Position numbers and translations under genes: made by a program. Below the pieces are notes generated by a model that made no database searches, was not told the origin of the DNA, and was given only the letters and a program-made list of their open reading frames with translations. DNA of 64,000 nt from Eledone cirrhosa (lineage: Eukaryota): the NCBI GenBank assembly GCA_964016885.1, contig OZ024742.1, positions 351,788,001 to 351,852,000 on the forward strand, given 5' to 3'. Every line of letters begins with the position of its first letter. The first letter of the stretch is position 1. Below are positions 41,448 through 56,179 of this stretch, piece by piece.

Positions 41448-44062
41448 AAAAATAATGACCTACCGTAGTTTATCTGTGCTATGGAATGTTTTATAATTAA
41501 CATGCCCTTATGGTTGAATTTGCAGATAACGATCTAGAGAAGCAGGAAATGAAAGACATTGTAATTTCTATGTCAATGCTCTCCAACATGATAAAATGTA
41601 TGGCTGCCAGCCGGAAATCCAGGAGTGCCCTAAATTCCATTATTGCCGAGATCTAACTTTCGCTAAAATGGATTCTCTCTCATCAAATTCTCAAATTGCT
41701 GTTCTAGATATATCTGCAATCATCATTCAATTTTAACGTGTGGAATTAAGATTATTGATTAAGAATAACCAGATAAACGTTATCAATTTAAGATTGCCAC
41801 ATTATCGCTCAAACTACAATGAAAACATTATACATATTTCCAAACATTCACAATCAAATGGGATGTAATTTCTCTGTAAAATAAAGCCAACCGAGTGAAT
41901 GTTGTTTTAATTTAGCACAGTGAAAGAAATCCACATTTTAAACAACTCTATGATTTAGTGCACTCATTTGTATTGCATTCATTCTGACTTAGAGCATTAA
42001 CAATTCAAATGAAGCCAAGATCTATATCATTCTTGTCTGCAATGACACGATAAATAAAGTATGATGTCTTTCGGCATTCCTTCCCGCCATATTTGGTACA
42101 TTGAGTTCAAGTTACATAGTAGAATCTTTTGAATATGTACTTAAAGCGTAATCCGATTTAATACCAGTAACTGGCATATGTATACTTTAAGAGAAATTTC
42201 CTGTTGAAATATTAATGGAAAGTTACAGGTTTCAAGATATGTAACAATATATTGGGGAGAGGAACTCCTGCGATTACTAATATTATAATGATTAGCAGAA
42301 AAAACACCCTTCATGTGGTTTTCTGCTAGCATGTGTAGTATGCATATGTATATACGCAAGTATATATACATGTAGATATGATAAATCAAATAACATCATA
42401 ATTGACAATATACACAGACATTGAACGAAGACTGTTACACTGTCTTATTTAATCAGTAACGTAATCCATGATACATTAAAACAAGACGATATTATATATA
42501 AACTGCATTAGGAGAAAATTAGTGACGGAAATATATGAATGTTTATTTAAGCGAACGCTAAACGGAAGTGTTGACATTTGGAAATTTTAAAGAAGTGATT
42601 CTTTAAATAAGCAATAAAATATATTTAATCAAAATCTACGAAATTTATCAGATAAATTATGTAATATTCATTAATTATTTATTCAAAGTAATCCAACTTA
42701 TTTTGCAAGGGTGATAAAAAATTATATTCTGGATGCAGTCTCTCACTCCTTACTTTATTATAGTTTAGACTTGTCACATCTGCTACTTAAAATTGTCACT
42801 CTACCTATCATGGAATATATGCACTAATAAGGTTATTTTTATATAATTACTATATCTACATACCTTTTGATGAATATAATGTTATAATTTCCAAAGGATA
42901 TTTATTAAGTAAATGGGGGTAATAAATGTATGTGCAACTGAATTGTCAATATCAATACTGATACTATCTGTACTCCCATCTACCATCTTATGTGTTGTCA
43001 AAATGATGTAGACATGATTATGTCTGTGTAGACTAATTAATTAGATAAATTGTACATTCGGTGACTCTTTTTAATTCATGAAGTTGTAAAAAAACTAGAT
43101 ATCATCAGGTAAGTCTTTGTGGAACATTTACTTGTATTGATAATGTTATTATTCCTCCAAATTTGATGAAAAAAAAAAATAATATGCCGTTCTTGCTTAT
43201 GCATTAATTAGCTAAAATTGGAAGATTTTATACATCAAACAAAAATAAAAGATATATTCTAACACAAAATACTTGTTATTTTCTAGAACCAATTTCAAAA
43301 TACCTAAGAAAACAAGTAATGGTTCCATTAAATTGCAAAATTGTGTCTGGTTATTTACCTTTTGTGATAAAAGGCATTCCGTGTGCTTTCATGAAATTAA
43401 CAACTGTGACACACCATCTAGAATAACCATGTAATATTGAGCATGGTGCGCTGACTATATTGAGAGAGGCGGGACTGATAAAGCAAAATATCCTATCGAA
43501 TGTACTAGCGAATTTGGCTATACAACACTTTTATAAACTTGTATACATCTTTGTGCAAATATATTTCGATCCAGAAATGGGTGTATATTTAGAGAGAAAT
43601 TGCATATGAAATATTATATGTTACATCCCCGTTGCCATTTGCTCCTCGGTATTTCCTATTTTCATGGGGAAATTCTGGTGCACACGCTGTAATATTGTTA
43701 CTTTTTCATATCAATATAAAGTTTTCGTGACTATATTTCACACATTTTGTTTGCTAACTATATAACTGGTCAGATTTCGTTACGTAATAGTGTCATATAT
43801 TTTGGGAATTACATAGAAAATGCAATTGTTGGTTTGTTATTTTAACCGCGCAGCAACCAGGTATGCGCATGATATAAATGTTATGTGAAACATTATGTCA
43901 GTGTACTCTTTTGCATCTGATCTCATAATGTACGGTTTCAAATAATGATTTGCTCTATATACGTCCTATTGCAGACAAAGTCATTATATTTGAGAACATG
44001 AAAGAAGAAGTGTCTCTTGTATGTTTGGAAAGTCATATGCATGTCCACACATGCTATTTACG

Positions 44063-44169
<107 letters not shown>

Positions 44170-44903
44170 GAGACTGAGAGATTCCTTTGTATAACCACAG
44201 TTACGTAAACAGAGAAGTATACACATAAACGTTAAGTCATGTGCGTCAGTTAGGATCAACCATATCTGAGAACTATAATGTGATATGTGATATATTATAT
44301 ATTCTAATAATGTTCTTTGGCATTGTTATTTTTCGAGATAGGCAAAAATTACCTCCATGTGGGTATTGTTGCATGGAATCTAATGTGAAATGTGTGGAAT
44401 ATGATCTCTATCGTTGGAAACGGAACAAAGATTAATGAAGATATTGGGGAGAATATCATAACAAAGGCATAGAGGAAATGAATATTCTTAATATACTTAT
44501 TAAATTTTTATAGAGAGACATTACGTCCAGCGATTAACAATACAATGAAGAAGTCACGGAAATTGAGCAGAAAAAATGTAATGCCGGCCATTTTTATAAT
44601 GTATAAAGAACTCTATATATTATATGCCTGGAATTTAAATCATATAATATGAACGGAATATCAAATGAGATCTAAAAACCAAATGGGTTTCTAGCCGACG
44701 TGCAGTTTTTTGTAAGTATTTAAGAAATCCTATTATATTTTAATGCATAAAAATTCATCATATGCATACAAACTCCGAGGATTAAAAAGAAAATGCAAAA
44801 TACGTAAATATGCAGGAACACACATACATGTGTTCGTACTTGTGTGTGTAACATCTTTTATCCATACATTCATTGAAGAACATATATGAATCTAAATACA
44901 CAT

Positions 44904-45165
<262 letters not shown>

Positions 45166-45429
45166 AGCATGCATGAATTGATATCTTGAAGTGATTCAAG
45201 TATGAGTGGAATATTTTTCATGGAATCTCAACTGTCTCAGTATCCCCTATACATATTCCGGCTTTGTAAAACTAATAATTCGCCTTCATTTGGTATCACT
45301 CTGTTAGAGAAGCTATAGAAATGTTAATATAAGTAATTTCCATTCAAATTCATTTAAAATCAATATAATCCCATTATATCTGACACTAAGATTAGATCAT
45401 TCAAATGAATTTTATTATTATAAAATGTC

Positions 45430-45620
45430 GCTGGATTGGCAGTATCGGTAGAGGCGTCGGACGCCATGCTTTGACGCATAGAGTTACGGCTCTTGCCATT
45501 CTGAGTTCAAATCCCGCCGGGGTTAACTTTGCCTTTCATCCATACGGAGTCGTTAAAATAAAGTACCAGTAATGTACTGGATAATTGCTGGCCTTGTGCC
45601 AAAAGTAGAAACAATTATTT
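45430..45620 (+). mobile_element. tRNA-derived SINE
   Basis: Full head, core and tail; ttatt.taaaatgtc on both flanks. Confidence 0.9.
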
Positions 45621-46299
45621 TAAAATGTCCGATGTAATAGTATGACAGACGTAACAGCCATATAGATATTAGATTTATCACGTGACACCAACTACTTATC
45701 ACATGGAATATAAACCAGCTTCCATTAGATCTTGAAGTTACCTCATCTAATTGATTCTCATCTGAATCTGCAAATGTAACGTTTCATCGTAGATATTCCA
45801 AATTGAATTTAAGTATTGAACACTTTCAACACAAACATTTACCATCCAAACTCTTATCACACATGCGCATGTGTACACTTCACAGAGAAAAATATAGAAA
45901 CATATTTTTTATTATGAATTTTTTTTTTTTTTGTCATGTCAATGTACCCCTATATTTATATTACATACAAACATAAGCTTCAGTACTGTCTTAGTGGTAC
46001 TGCGAAAACATATATATTGTTCACATAATACGCACGTGTGTTATTTTCACAATTTATTTCAAAAGTAAAAGTAATATATTTCTTCATTGCACTGTATCGA
46101 TTGGTTTGTTATCTCTGTTTACATTTGACACTGGCTCACACACACCCATACACATACACACATACACACACACGAACACAACATACACACAGACAGACTC
46201 ACACACACACACATGCATACACAGGCACACACATATACACACAAATACACAGACATACGCACACAAATACACTCACACAGACACACATACAGACACATG

Positions 46300-46333
<34 letters not shown>

Positions 46334-46426
46334 CATTTTTTTTTTACAGTTTGTGCAGTCACACACTGTATTTTGACATAGGTCGGCTTGCGTCCCCTGA
46401 AATTACTTACTCGCATTATTATTCTC

Positions 46427-46620
46427 GGGCGGTGGATTGGCAGTATCAGTAGAGGGTCGGACGCCATGCTTTCCAGCATAGTTACGTCCCTTTACGATCT
46501 GAGTTCAAATCCCGCCGAGGTTGACTTTGCCTTTCATCCTTACGGGGTCGATAAAATAAAGTACCAGTAATGCACTGGGTAATTGCTGGCCTTGTGCCTA
46601 AAGTAGAAACAATTATTATT
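46427..46620 (+). mobile_element. tRNA-derived SINE, reference full-length copy (core resembles the MetaSINE domain)
   Basis: gggcggtggattggcagtatc (A box), gagttcaaatcc (B box), gcctttcatccttacggggtcgataaaataaagtacc core, attattattct duplicated at both ends. Confidence 0.92.
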
Positions 46621-46756
46621 CTGGGGCAAAATATATTAAAGGCAGGCTAATACCATGAGTATCGGACAACACATGAAATAAATAGAATATTAAAACGCAA
46701 ACCCTCAAAGACAGTTTGCTTAATTGGCCACAATAAATAAGTGGCAATTGCTTATA

Positions 46757-47157
46757 CGAGGATAATACGAGATCAATTTTAATATATCAATGGCAAGAAG
46801 CACATTCGTTTAATACTATCATGCAATATTACACTGAATATAATTTGTCAAATAAATGTTATTGAAAAGCAGGTAAAGAAAGTATATTTTTTTATGAGCA
46901 AAACAACAACATATACGATATTGTTTAACAACATGTGGTTGTTTTGCTCATAAACAAATATAATTTTCTTTATTAAAACAACTTTCTAAGAGTATTGAAC
47001 AGTTCCAATATTTTAGCCATCATACAGTATTTACCTGCTATTCAATAACATTTATTTGACAAATTATATTCAGTGTAATATAGCATAATATATTACAATA
47101 TTAACCGTGTGTGCTTCTTGCTATAGATATATTGATATTGATGTAGTGTTATCCTCG
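46757..47157. mobile_element. Mariner-like MITE/foldback with long terminal inverted repeats
   Basis: TA|CGAGGATAA...TTATCCTCG|TA; long internal inverted match (acactgaatataatttgtcaaataaatgttattga and its reverse complement). Confidence 0.7.
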
Positions 47158-49026
47158 TATTGAACGTGATGTTTAGATGCTGCGTATGCATCTGACTGCA
47201 CGACAGGCATTTATTTTTAATTAAATCAATAGTGCCGTATATATTCAGTAGAATATTTTATTTTATGTACATTAAGATACCACAGACATGCCCTGAAATT
47301 AATCTCTGTGGAATAATCTAATATCTTAATTTACCTTGACTCGTTAGCCACCATTCTCAGTCTAACATTAGTGTATTCGTTGCAGTCGCCTATATAAACC
47401 ATGTTTACCTCCGAGCTATAAATTCTGTTCTGTCCGCAAGAGTGCAAATAAAATGGATTCTGCTAATAATTAACCATCCAGAAAGAGATAGATTCTATTT
47501 TCGTGCTGTATTCCTGGAAATGTTCTGTATGCTGGCAAGAGCAATTACTTAGAAATGCTATGTACGTTTCCTCACATATACTTACGTGTCATTATACACA
47601 TGTCGTTAGATTCTCTACGTTTTTTTCCGTATGTTAAATTAAAAGAACACATCTAGTATAATGTACCTAATAAGTACATTACATAATTAAACATATCATA
47701 TATTCATTCAATACATTTCAATATGGCGGATGTTACGTGTAAATGTAATAAACCATAATAATAAAAACAAATAAAAATAGCTGAGTATACCAAGTTCTAA
47801 TATATACGAAGTGCATGAAAATATTATATGATTGATTTTAAGAAAAAAACTCGATGAGATGACATTTAATATCGCCTTACTTACAGAAACATATCAGCAT
47901 TACGTTATAAATATGAATATAAATTGTGTAAGTTTTAATTGCCAATAATGTAACGGATATCATATATTAATAAAACTTAAAAGCTGCTGGCTTGGCTTTA
48001 TGGGTTGAGATACAGACGCCAAGACTTTATATGGTGGATCATATATTTACAAGAATGATGAAAAAGAAACATCATTATAGTTTTCTATCTCAGCGATTAC
48101 TAAAAGTCTACCAAATTATATAAATTATGTGAAATTATAGGAAACCACGTAACTTCTTGAGGAAAATTGTCTCCAATATTGTGTCTGCACATCACATAGC
48201 GTGTATATCGTTGTATTTATACTGGAGTGGATGAGTAGTGCTTCAACTAAAGTTAAATACGGATCATATTTAATGAGATCAGTAGGGAGAAAGAATGTCT
48301 AATACATTTCTTATTTGAAGCATAATTATTTTCTCGCTACGAGGAGATCGTAAGTGCAATGTGATGGGAGAGGAAACTATAATAAAACAATTTCAGGGAT
48401 TTACAGATCTTTAACTAACGAAGAGGTAATTTAATATAGTTAAATGTATAGAGCCTAAATTATTATTACCATGTATTTTATACCCCAACCACAATTACGA
48501 CGAGACCTGCTGCAGCAGGGTAAATATATATATATTTCTCCCTTGGAGAAAACCACGTGTCTGTGGCGACCTTTAAAGTTACAACATACCCGCATTGGCT
48601 AAGAACGAAAGACTTGCTGAAGAAGTAAATCCTATGTTCTGTCGTCAAAAACCATTATATTGCAGACTCTTGCAATAGGAATTTGTCGATCTTGGATTTG
48701 CAGAAACTTAGCGCTGATGTTGGATGTGATGTTGTGATCTATTTAGTGGATATACGATGTAAGTTATATATTTTACACTCAGCCTCACCGTTATGTCCAG
48801 GTCAGAATAACATTTTTTCCTGGGTCATGTATTTTCGTTGCTCTGGTAATGCGGTTGGACTACCGACTGCTGTATCTGATTTGCTAAGCTGTCTGAACGT
48901 AATGTTATTACTCTGGGGTCTTACCTCATCCGAGTGCTAAAGCTACAGACCGATTATGCATACACGCTAGCTTGGCCGTATACTAAAGCTTCGTCAATGC
49001 TGTAGTAACATTTATATATATATATA

Positions 49027-49982
<956 letters not shown>

Positions 49983-50004
49983 ATATATATATATATATTA
50001 TATA

Positions 50005-50368
50005 TCAGATGGTGGATGGGTGCTACGCGAGAATGTTGAGGATGGCTCTGAACATTAATCAGTATACACTGAGGATGAAAAACTCAGAGGTGTATGGGAG
50101 CCTCCCAAAGTCAGCTCAAAAGTGAAACAGAGGAAACTGAGGTTAGCTGGACATGCTCACCGACATCCAGAGTTGACATTGCACTCAGTGCTCCTGTGTG
50201 AGTCCCTACATGGACACACTGGAAGAGGAATACCAAGGTTAACGTATGTTGATGCGCTGAGGACAGACACTGGTCTGTTGGAGACGCAGGGCATGGCAGT
50301 GATAATGAGGGACAGAGACTGCTGGAGAGAACTCGTCCATGAATCTCGGGAATTTTACCCACCCTTGA
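50005..50368 (+). mobile_element. RTE-like non-LTR retrotransposon 3' fragment
   Basis: DGCYARMLRMALNI..VYG.LPK / RKLRLAGHAHRHPE..RG.PRLTYVD. Confidence 0.82.
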
Positions 50369-50371
50369 TTA

Positions 50372-50429
<58 letters not shown>

Positions 50430-51270
50430 CGCGTACCTTGTATGTATTCGTAACAATGACTGAATAAGCACTTGATACGTAAATATAGACTTAACGCATT
50501 TTATATCATTGTTGGCCAAACACTTGTTCTTCTCAAATAATGAGTTTCAACTAATACAAGACCTACATCATGGAACTTAAATGTATTATAAAAACATCAC
50601 CCTAGTTTAGCCTATATTGATTAACATTTGGAAATGCGTGTCTAATTTGCTATGTGTTACTGTTGGAAATTTGAAATTGTTAGCAGCACATTTCCAGATA
50701 TAAATTGTAAAATATTTGATCACTGTCGATGATAATTCGGAATATCGGTTTAATTAACATTAAATATGGAAACAAAGAATCTGCTGTACAATTGTTCACA
50801 CCTCATAGTGTAATTAGTACAATTTAGAGAATTGCAGGCATATATGTATGAGGTGAAAGTACAGGCGCAATTAGAAATAAAAAGAAAGAGGTAGAGAAAC
50901 AGGGAAATAAATGATTCCACATGAATGAGTCTGATTTTGAAAACATTGATATTATAATCATAGATTTGTAGAGGAAGTTTTGTGGGGATAATTTTATTAT
51001 AAACATATAAATTGAATGTCATAAAAACAACGAAACATGCATTGTCGCTGAAAAGCCTAAATATGGCCGATAATATGCCACATAATTGGATTATTGTACT
51101 ACACAAGGGACCAACATTCATATATTCATGAAGAATAAATACTATGGTATTGTATCATGTGATGATAATAATGAAGAAAACCAGAAACGACATGGAGAGT
51201 GAGATTTAGAAAAACGAAAGTATGTGTGTGGGTGTGTGTGTGTGAGTATGTGTCTTTGTGTCTGTGTGTG

Positions 51271-51319
<49 letters not shown>

Positions 51320-51323
51320 AAGC

Positions 51324-51430
<107 letters not shown>

Positions 51431-53429
51431 TGAGGGTTAAAAAGAGAAAGTTTGAGAGTAATATCTTACATTCAGTAAATCTAGATTAAATGAAATAGAG
51501 TGGAAGTCGTTATATATCGTGCTCTACAAAAGTATGATAGATTGATAGAGAGAAAGAGGAGAGAGATGAGAATAAGGCAGAGAAGAGGAAGATGAAGAAT
51601 ATACGAAAATGAAGAAATGAAACTAGAGAATACGTGTATGTGCTAAGATAGGCCAATGAGAAATTACAAAGAGAAGTATTAAAATGACAAAGTTACTAAA
51701 GTAGAAATATCTATAGATATGAGAAAAAAAATGACACCGCAAATAAAAGAAGAAAGATATGCAAACATTGGCAAAATTCTTAGAAGACAACAAAAATTGA
51801 GATAAAGTTTTGTAAGAAAGCTAGTATTATAAAGTGACAAACTATTCTATACTATTCACGATAAAATGTGACTCATATAGAAAATGCGATGAATATAAAG
51901 TGGAATTAAGAATGGATACAGTTAAACATGAAGCGATCCCATTGAGAACATTGAGCAATATATAACGACCTTGTAAGTCTCTAAGAGAAATATGAATATG
52001 AAATAAACCTACCAGTAAAATATGAAAAAATGATGTGTGAAGGGCTGGCAAAAAGACATTATTAAATTATTTCTCCACAATGTTAAAGGAGAAAACATTA
52101 AAATTATCGGCAAAAAGGAACGAAATAAGAAGTCTAATGAAACATAAGAGATGTGTCGAGAATGAATATAATAAAGAAGGATGTTAAAATGGTTGACTAC
52201 ACAGGGGAAGATGGCTAAGTTACGTTATACTCGGTAAAGATAGTATAATCTGTTAAAATGAGGAGAGGAGAATAAGTATGGACACGTGGGAAGCAGGACG
52301 ACTCATCTACAGACTAAATGACAGAGACATGGATGATTATAATGTAGAAGTGAGACAATATAGGAATCGTTAGTTCTACTGTCACGGTAAAACAACGGAA
52401 AAAATAACATCATAGAAGAAAACATAACAGAATGTCAGAAGAAAAGAAAGATGGAGTGAAATTAGAATTTTCTAGTAAGAGAATATTTATTCCTATCACA
52501 CTATCTATTCATCTTTTTCTTTGGTCCATTTGCAATTGAGATGATGACGAACCACATTCTAATACATGTATGAAACTGATCGCTTTTTTTAGCAAACGGA
52601 TAAAATATTTGCTTCTTATTTTGTTTATCAGTTTGTTTTGTATTTTTCTCTTGTTTATTCACATATTTTTTTTATGTAATTCTATGAATGTATGTTTTCT
52701 TACAATTTCATATATAACTCTGACATGATTTTTGCATTAATATCTTTTATGTTTCATATCTTTCCAGACAGAAAAAAAATATTGAAGATATCTTAGATTG
52801 CAGTATTACTAAGTGTTACAAGAACATGTGTTGTTCTTATTATTGTTGTAGCAGCTGCGTCTAATGTTATTATTAATATTATTATTTCTGTGTTTGTTGA
52901 TGTCATTCTTACTACTATTGGTCCTAGCTTCCACTTTTGTATTTCTTCTCTTCCTTTTCTCTTTATTAAAAAATATTGAAGTAAAATCAAATATTTCCAC
53001 TATACACAGAATTTGAAGAAAAAAAATCAATTAATGTAATGTGATTTCATTCGTTTTATATATTTTCCTTTATAGTGTAATTTTTTAAAACTTTTATTCC
53101 TATTTATTTCTGGTGAATCAGTAAATCTTATTCTTGGCTGAAGAATTACTCTTTGTTTTCTTTTATTCAGGAAATAACAAGCCAATAACAAGTAGAATGG
53201 TTTCCGCGTATTTCATATTGTGTTGATATATATTCTTGTTTGCGGGAGAATTGAAAGGACGATCGTTGCATGTAGACGGCAGTAGAATCAGGTAAATATC
53301 TCCATTCATTGGAATTCATATGACACGGCATCGGTTTATAGAAGGAGTACAATTAATACACATAAATGATAAAGTAGAAAATCAAACTTTCCAGTTGTTG
53401 TCTTCCTGTTTCTTCTACAATTACAACGG

Positions 53430-54015
53430 TACACGATGGGGCCCACCCACAGCCCCGGCGGACAGAATGGAGAAAGCGATTCTCCGGAGGACGGCAAGGG
53501 AGACGCGCTGGAAAAGCCACTCCAACTTGCGGGGCTCACACCTGCGGCTGGTCAGCTCAGCGCCTATGGTGGTGAGTAAGGAGGTAAACCTGGGGCCGAG
53601 GACACGAGAGGTATCCACTGCCAGGAGTACGACCGCAAACCTGTTGGAGAGCGACCAGTATTTGAGGAGTTTAGCCCCCTTAGCCCGACGTGCAGCAGAA
53701 CCTGCAGAAAGTGTCAGTGCAAGTGGCATCCCAGACGAAGTGTTTGCCACCGCGGAACGGGAAGATGGTCATGCCATCTGGCCTTGTGCCGTCCCCTCGA
53801 TCCAGCCCCACTGGCTCAAGCTGGGAAGGGAAGCCTGCAGCGTCAAATCCATGCTTAATGACCCCGTTGAGGGCAGCATGGCATGGAATGCGGCCGGCAG
53901 TGTGGCGACAGGAAAGCGGGTGGATGCCGAATGAGTCCATAGTGGAACCGGAGTGACATTGGTGTGGCTGGCAGATCCGGAGGCCGAGCCTCAGGGAAAC
54001 GCCGATGCTCACGCT
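53430..54015 (-). mobile_element. CRE-clade non-LTR retrotransposon C-terminal fragment (Zn knuckle + restriction-like endonuclease)
   Basis: LRLG..C....D.FGIHPLSC..H, RPDG..WDATCTDTF, FQRVSLAV; frameshifted; visibly GC-rich. Confidence 0.8.
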
Positions 54016-54311
54016 ATGTTGGTCTTAACCTTCCATCAACTATTACTCTCTCATGAATATTCATTAAGTTGTAATAATCAATTAGACAATATCTCGAACC
54101 GGGTATTATACCTCAGGGTAACAATTCATGTTATACGTTCATATATCTAAACCAAGCAAGAGGAACAACATCCATAGCAGAATAATCGAAACTGTTTTGA
54201 TGGTTGCAAAGGACATTTAACTAGACACTGTAAGAATACCCGAGAGAAATGTTATTAGAGTGAAACCTATATTTCACGGATGATGCATTTAAAAAACATA
54301 GTTAATAGTAA

Positions 54312-54472
54312 CTTCTACTTTTGGCACAAGGCCAGCAATTATCCCAATACACTATTGATACTTTTATTTTAAGGATGAAAGGCAAAATTGAACTCGGCGG
54401 GATTTGAACTCAGAGCGTAACGGGACGTAACTATGCTAGAAAGTATGGCTTCCGACTCTCTACCGATACTGA
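54312..54472 (-). mobile_element. tRNA-derived SINE
   Basis: Reverse complement of the consensus with a small internal deletion. Confidence 0.85.
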
Positions 54473-54786
54473 ATATCCAAGTCATAGTAGCCAGCATCGT
54501 GACCAGTACAGTACTTATTCCACATATTCTATGAAGCCAAGTGTCATTTGTAATAGATTTGCAGTTGTACTTCTGTAATATGAGGTACAAAGTTACACAT
54601 AAAACCTAAACATGTATATCATGTTTAGTAAAATATAGTGCCTTGGATATATTTCAAACGGAACCAATTATGCAGGAGGCAAAATGAACAACGAGGATGT
54701 ATACCTTCGTACAGATATCATATGGACAGGTAAGGACAGTTTTTTCGGCGATAGTCGCAATCCACACATTTACACAAACACACACA

Positions 54787-55024
54787 CAGAGGAGACTGAG
54801 GTTAGCTGGACATGGTCACCGACATCCAGAGTTGATATTGCACTCAGTGCTCCTTTGGGAGCCCCTACATGGACACACTAGAAGAGGAAGACCAAGGTTA
54901 ACGTATGTTGATGCACTAAGGACAGACACTGGTCTGTTGGAGACGCAGGACATGGCAGCGATAATGAGGGACAGAGACCGCTGGAGAGAACTCGTCCATG
55001 GATCTCGGGAATTTTACCCGCCTT

Positions 55025-55026
<2 letters not shown>
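54787..55026 (+). mobile_element. RTE-like non-LTR retrotransposon 3' fragment
   Basis: RRLRLAGH..RHPE..LLWEPLHG..RGRPRLTYVD..YPP*, directly followed by (TA)n. Confidence 0.85.
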
Positions 55027-55071
<45 letters not shown>

Positions 55072-55078
55072 GAGAGAG

Positions 55079-55192
<114 letters not shown>

Positions 55193-55646
55193 AGAGAGAG
55201 AAGATGAGTAATATTGTAGAACAATAAAAATATGCATATATGAGATAAGTAGCACTCAACAGTTGGTAGAACTGGAGTATATATAATATCTGAAGAGAAT
55301 ACAACATCTGTCCCAGGATGATTTTGTATTCGAAATACGTATAATAAAATATATGGACCTCTTATAGCCATCTTTATTTCATCTTTATTATATATATATA
55401 TATATAGTAATAATGCTAATAGCTTTTCTGCCTGTGTTTTTTCTTTTTGCTTATAATCCTTTTGCTTGTGATATGTACTTATAGCTATTACACTTCCAAC
55501 CAGTATTGACTAGAATTGTGTTCTTTCAAGCAGAACATCTTTTTAACACCTGACTCTCCACATGATGCCTTTGACACTAATAACAATTATTTACCCTAAA
55601 TGTTCTAAATGGTAAAGATTTCAGTAACATGCTCCGACATTCCTTA

Positions 55647-55693
55647 TGCTCAGATGAACCCAGACTTCCCTCTGGAAGAAACAATTGCCAGTA
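55647..55693 (+). ncRNA. Degenerate hammerhead in a solo pLTR-like element (~55407-55735)
   Basis: tgct CAGATGA acccaga..tctggaa GAAA caattg CC agta, then AATAAA. Confidence 0.5.
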
Positions 55694-55735
55694 AATAAAT
55701 GTTCTAAACTAAAATTTGATCATTTTAAAACTGTG

Positions 55736-55808
<73 letters not shown>

Positions 55809-56179
55809 TATTTATACATTGACTTAGAAACTCAAAATAGTCTCTTACAATTAAATAGCTCAAGGAAATAGATTTTTCCGAGCCGTAAATTATAATTGAA
55901 TATAAACGAGAGAAAAACACAGATATATACATATCTGTGTTCAAATCGTAAGAGACCATATTAGCTCAGGTGGTTGTCTGGTAGTTACCACAATATCAGT
56001 TTGTATTTATTTAATTTATTTATTCTTAAATTGAGTCTGGCAAACACTGTTATCCATAGTTAGTATCTTAATCACCTTAGCGAATCTCGTCCCTCACGAT
56101 TTGAACACATATATGTATATATATGTGTGTTTGTCTCTTTTATAGTCAATTATCATATATATAAATATATATATATATA

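Noticed and set aside
46427-46515. tRNA gene
   Set aside because: A and B boxes lie in the head of a dispersed SINE; no clean cloverleaf or terminator
51900-52400. Possible ancient LINE relic in purine-rich sequence
   Set aside because: Too degenerate to recover a diagnostic motif by eye
53320-53934. 204-aa + strand ORF
   Set aside because: Antisense shadow of the GC-rich CRE fragment
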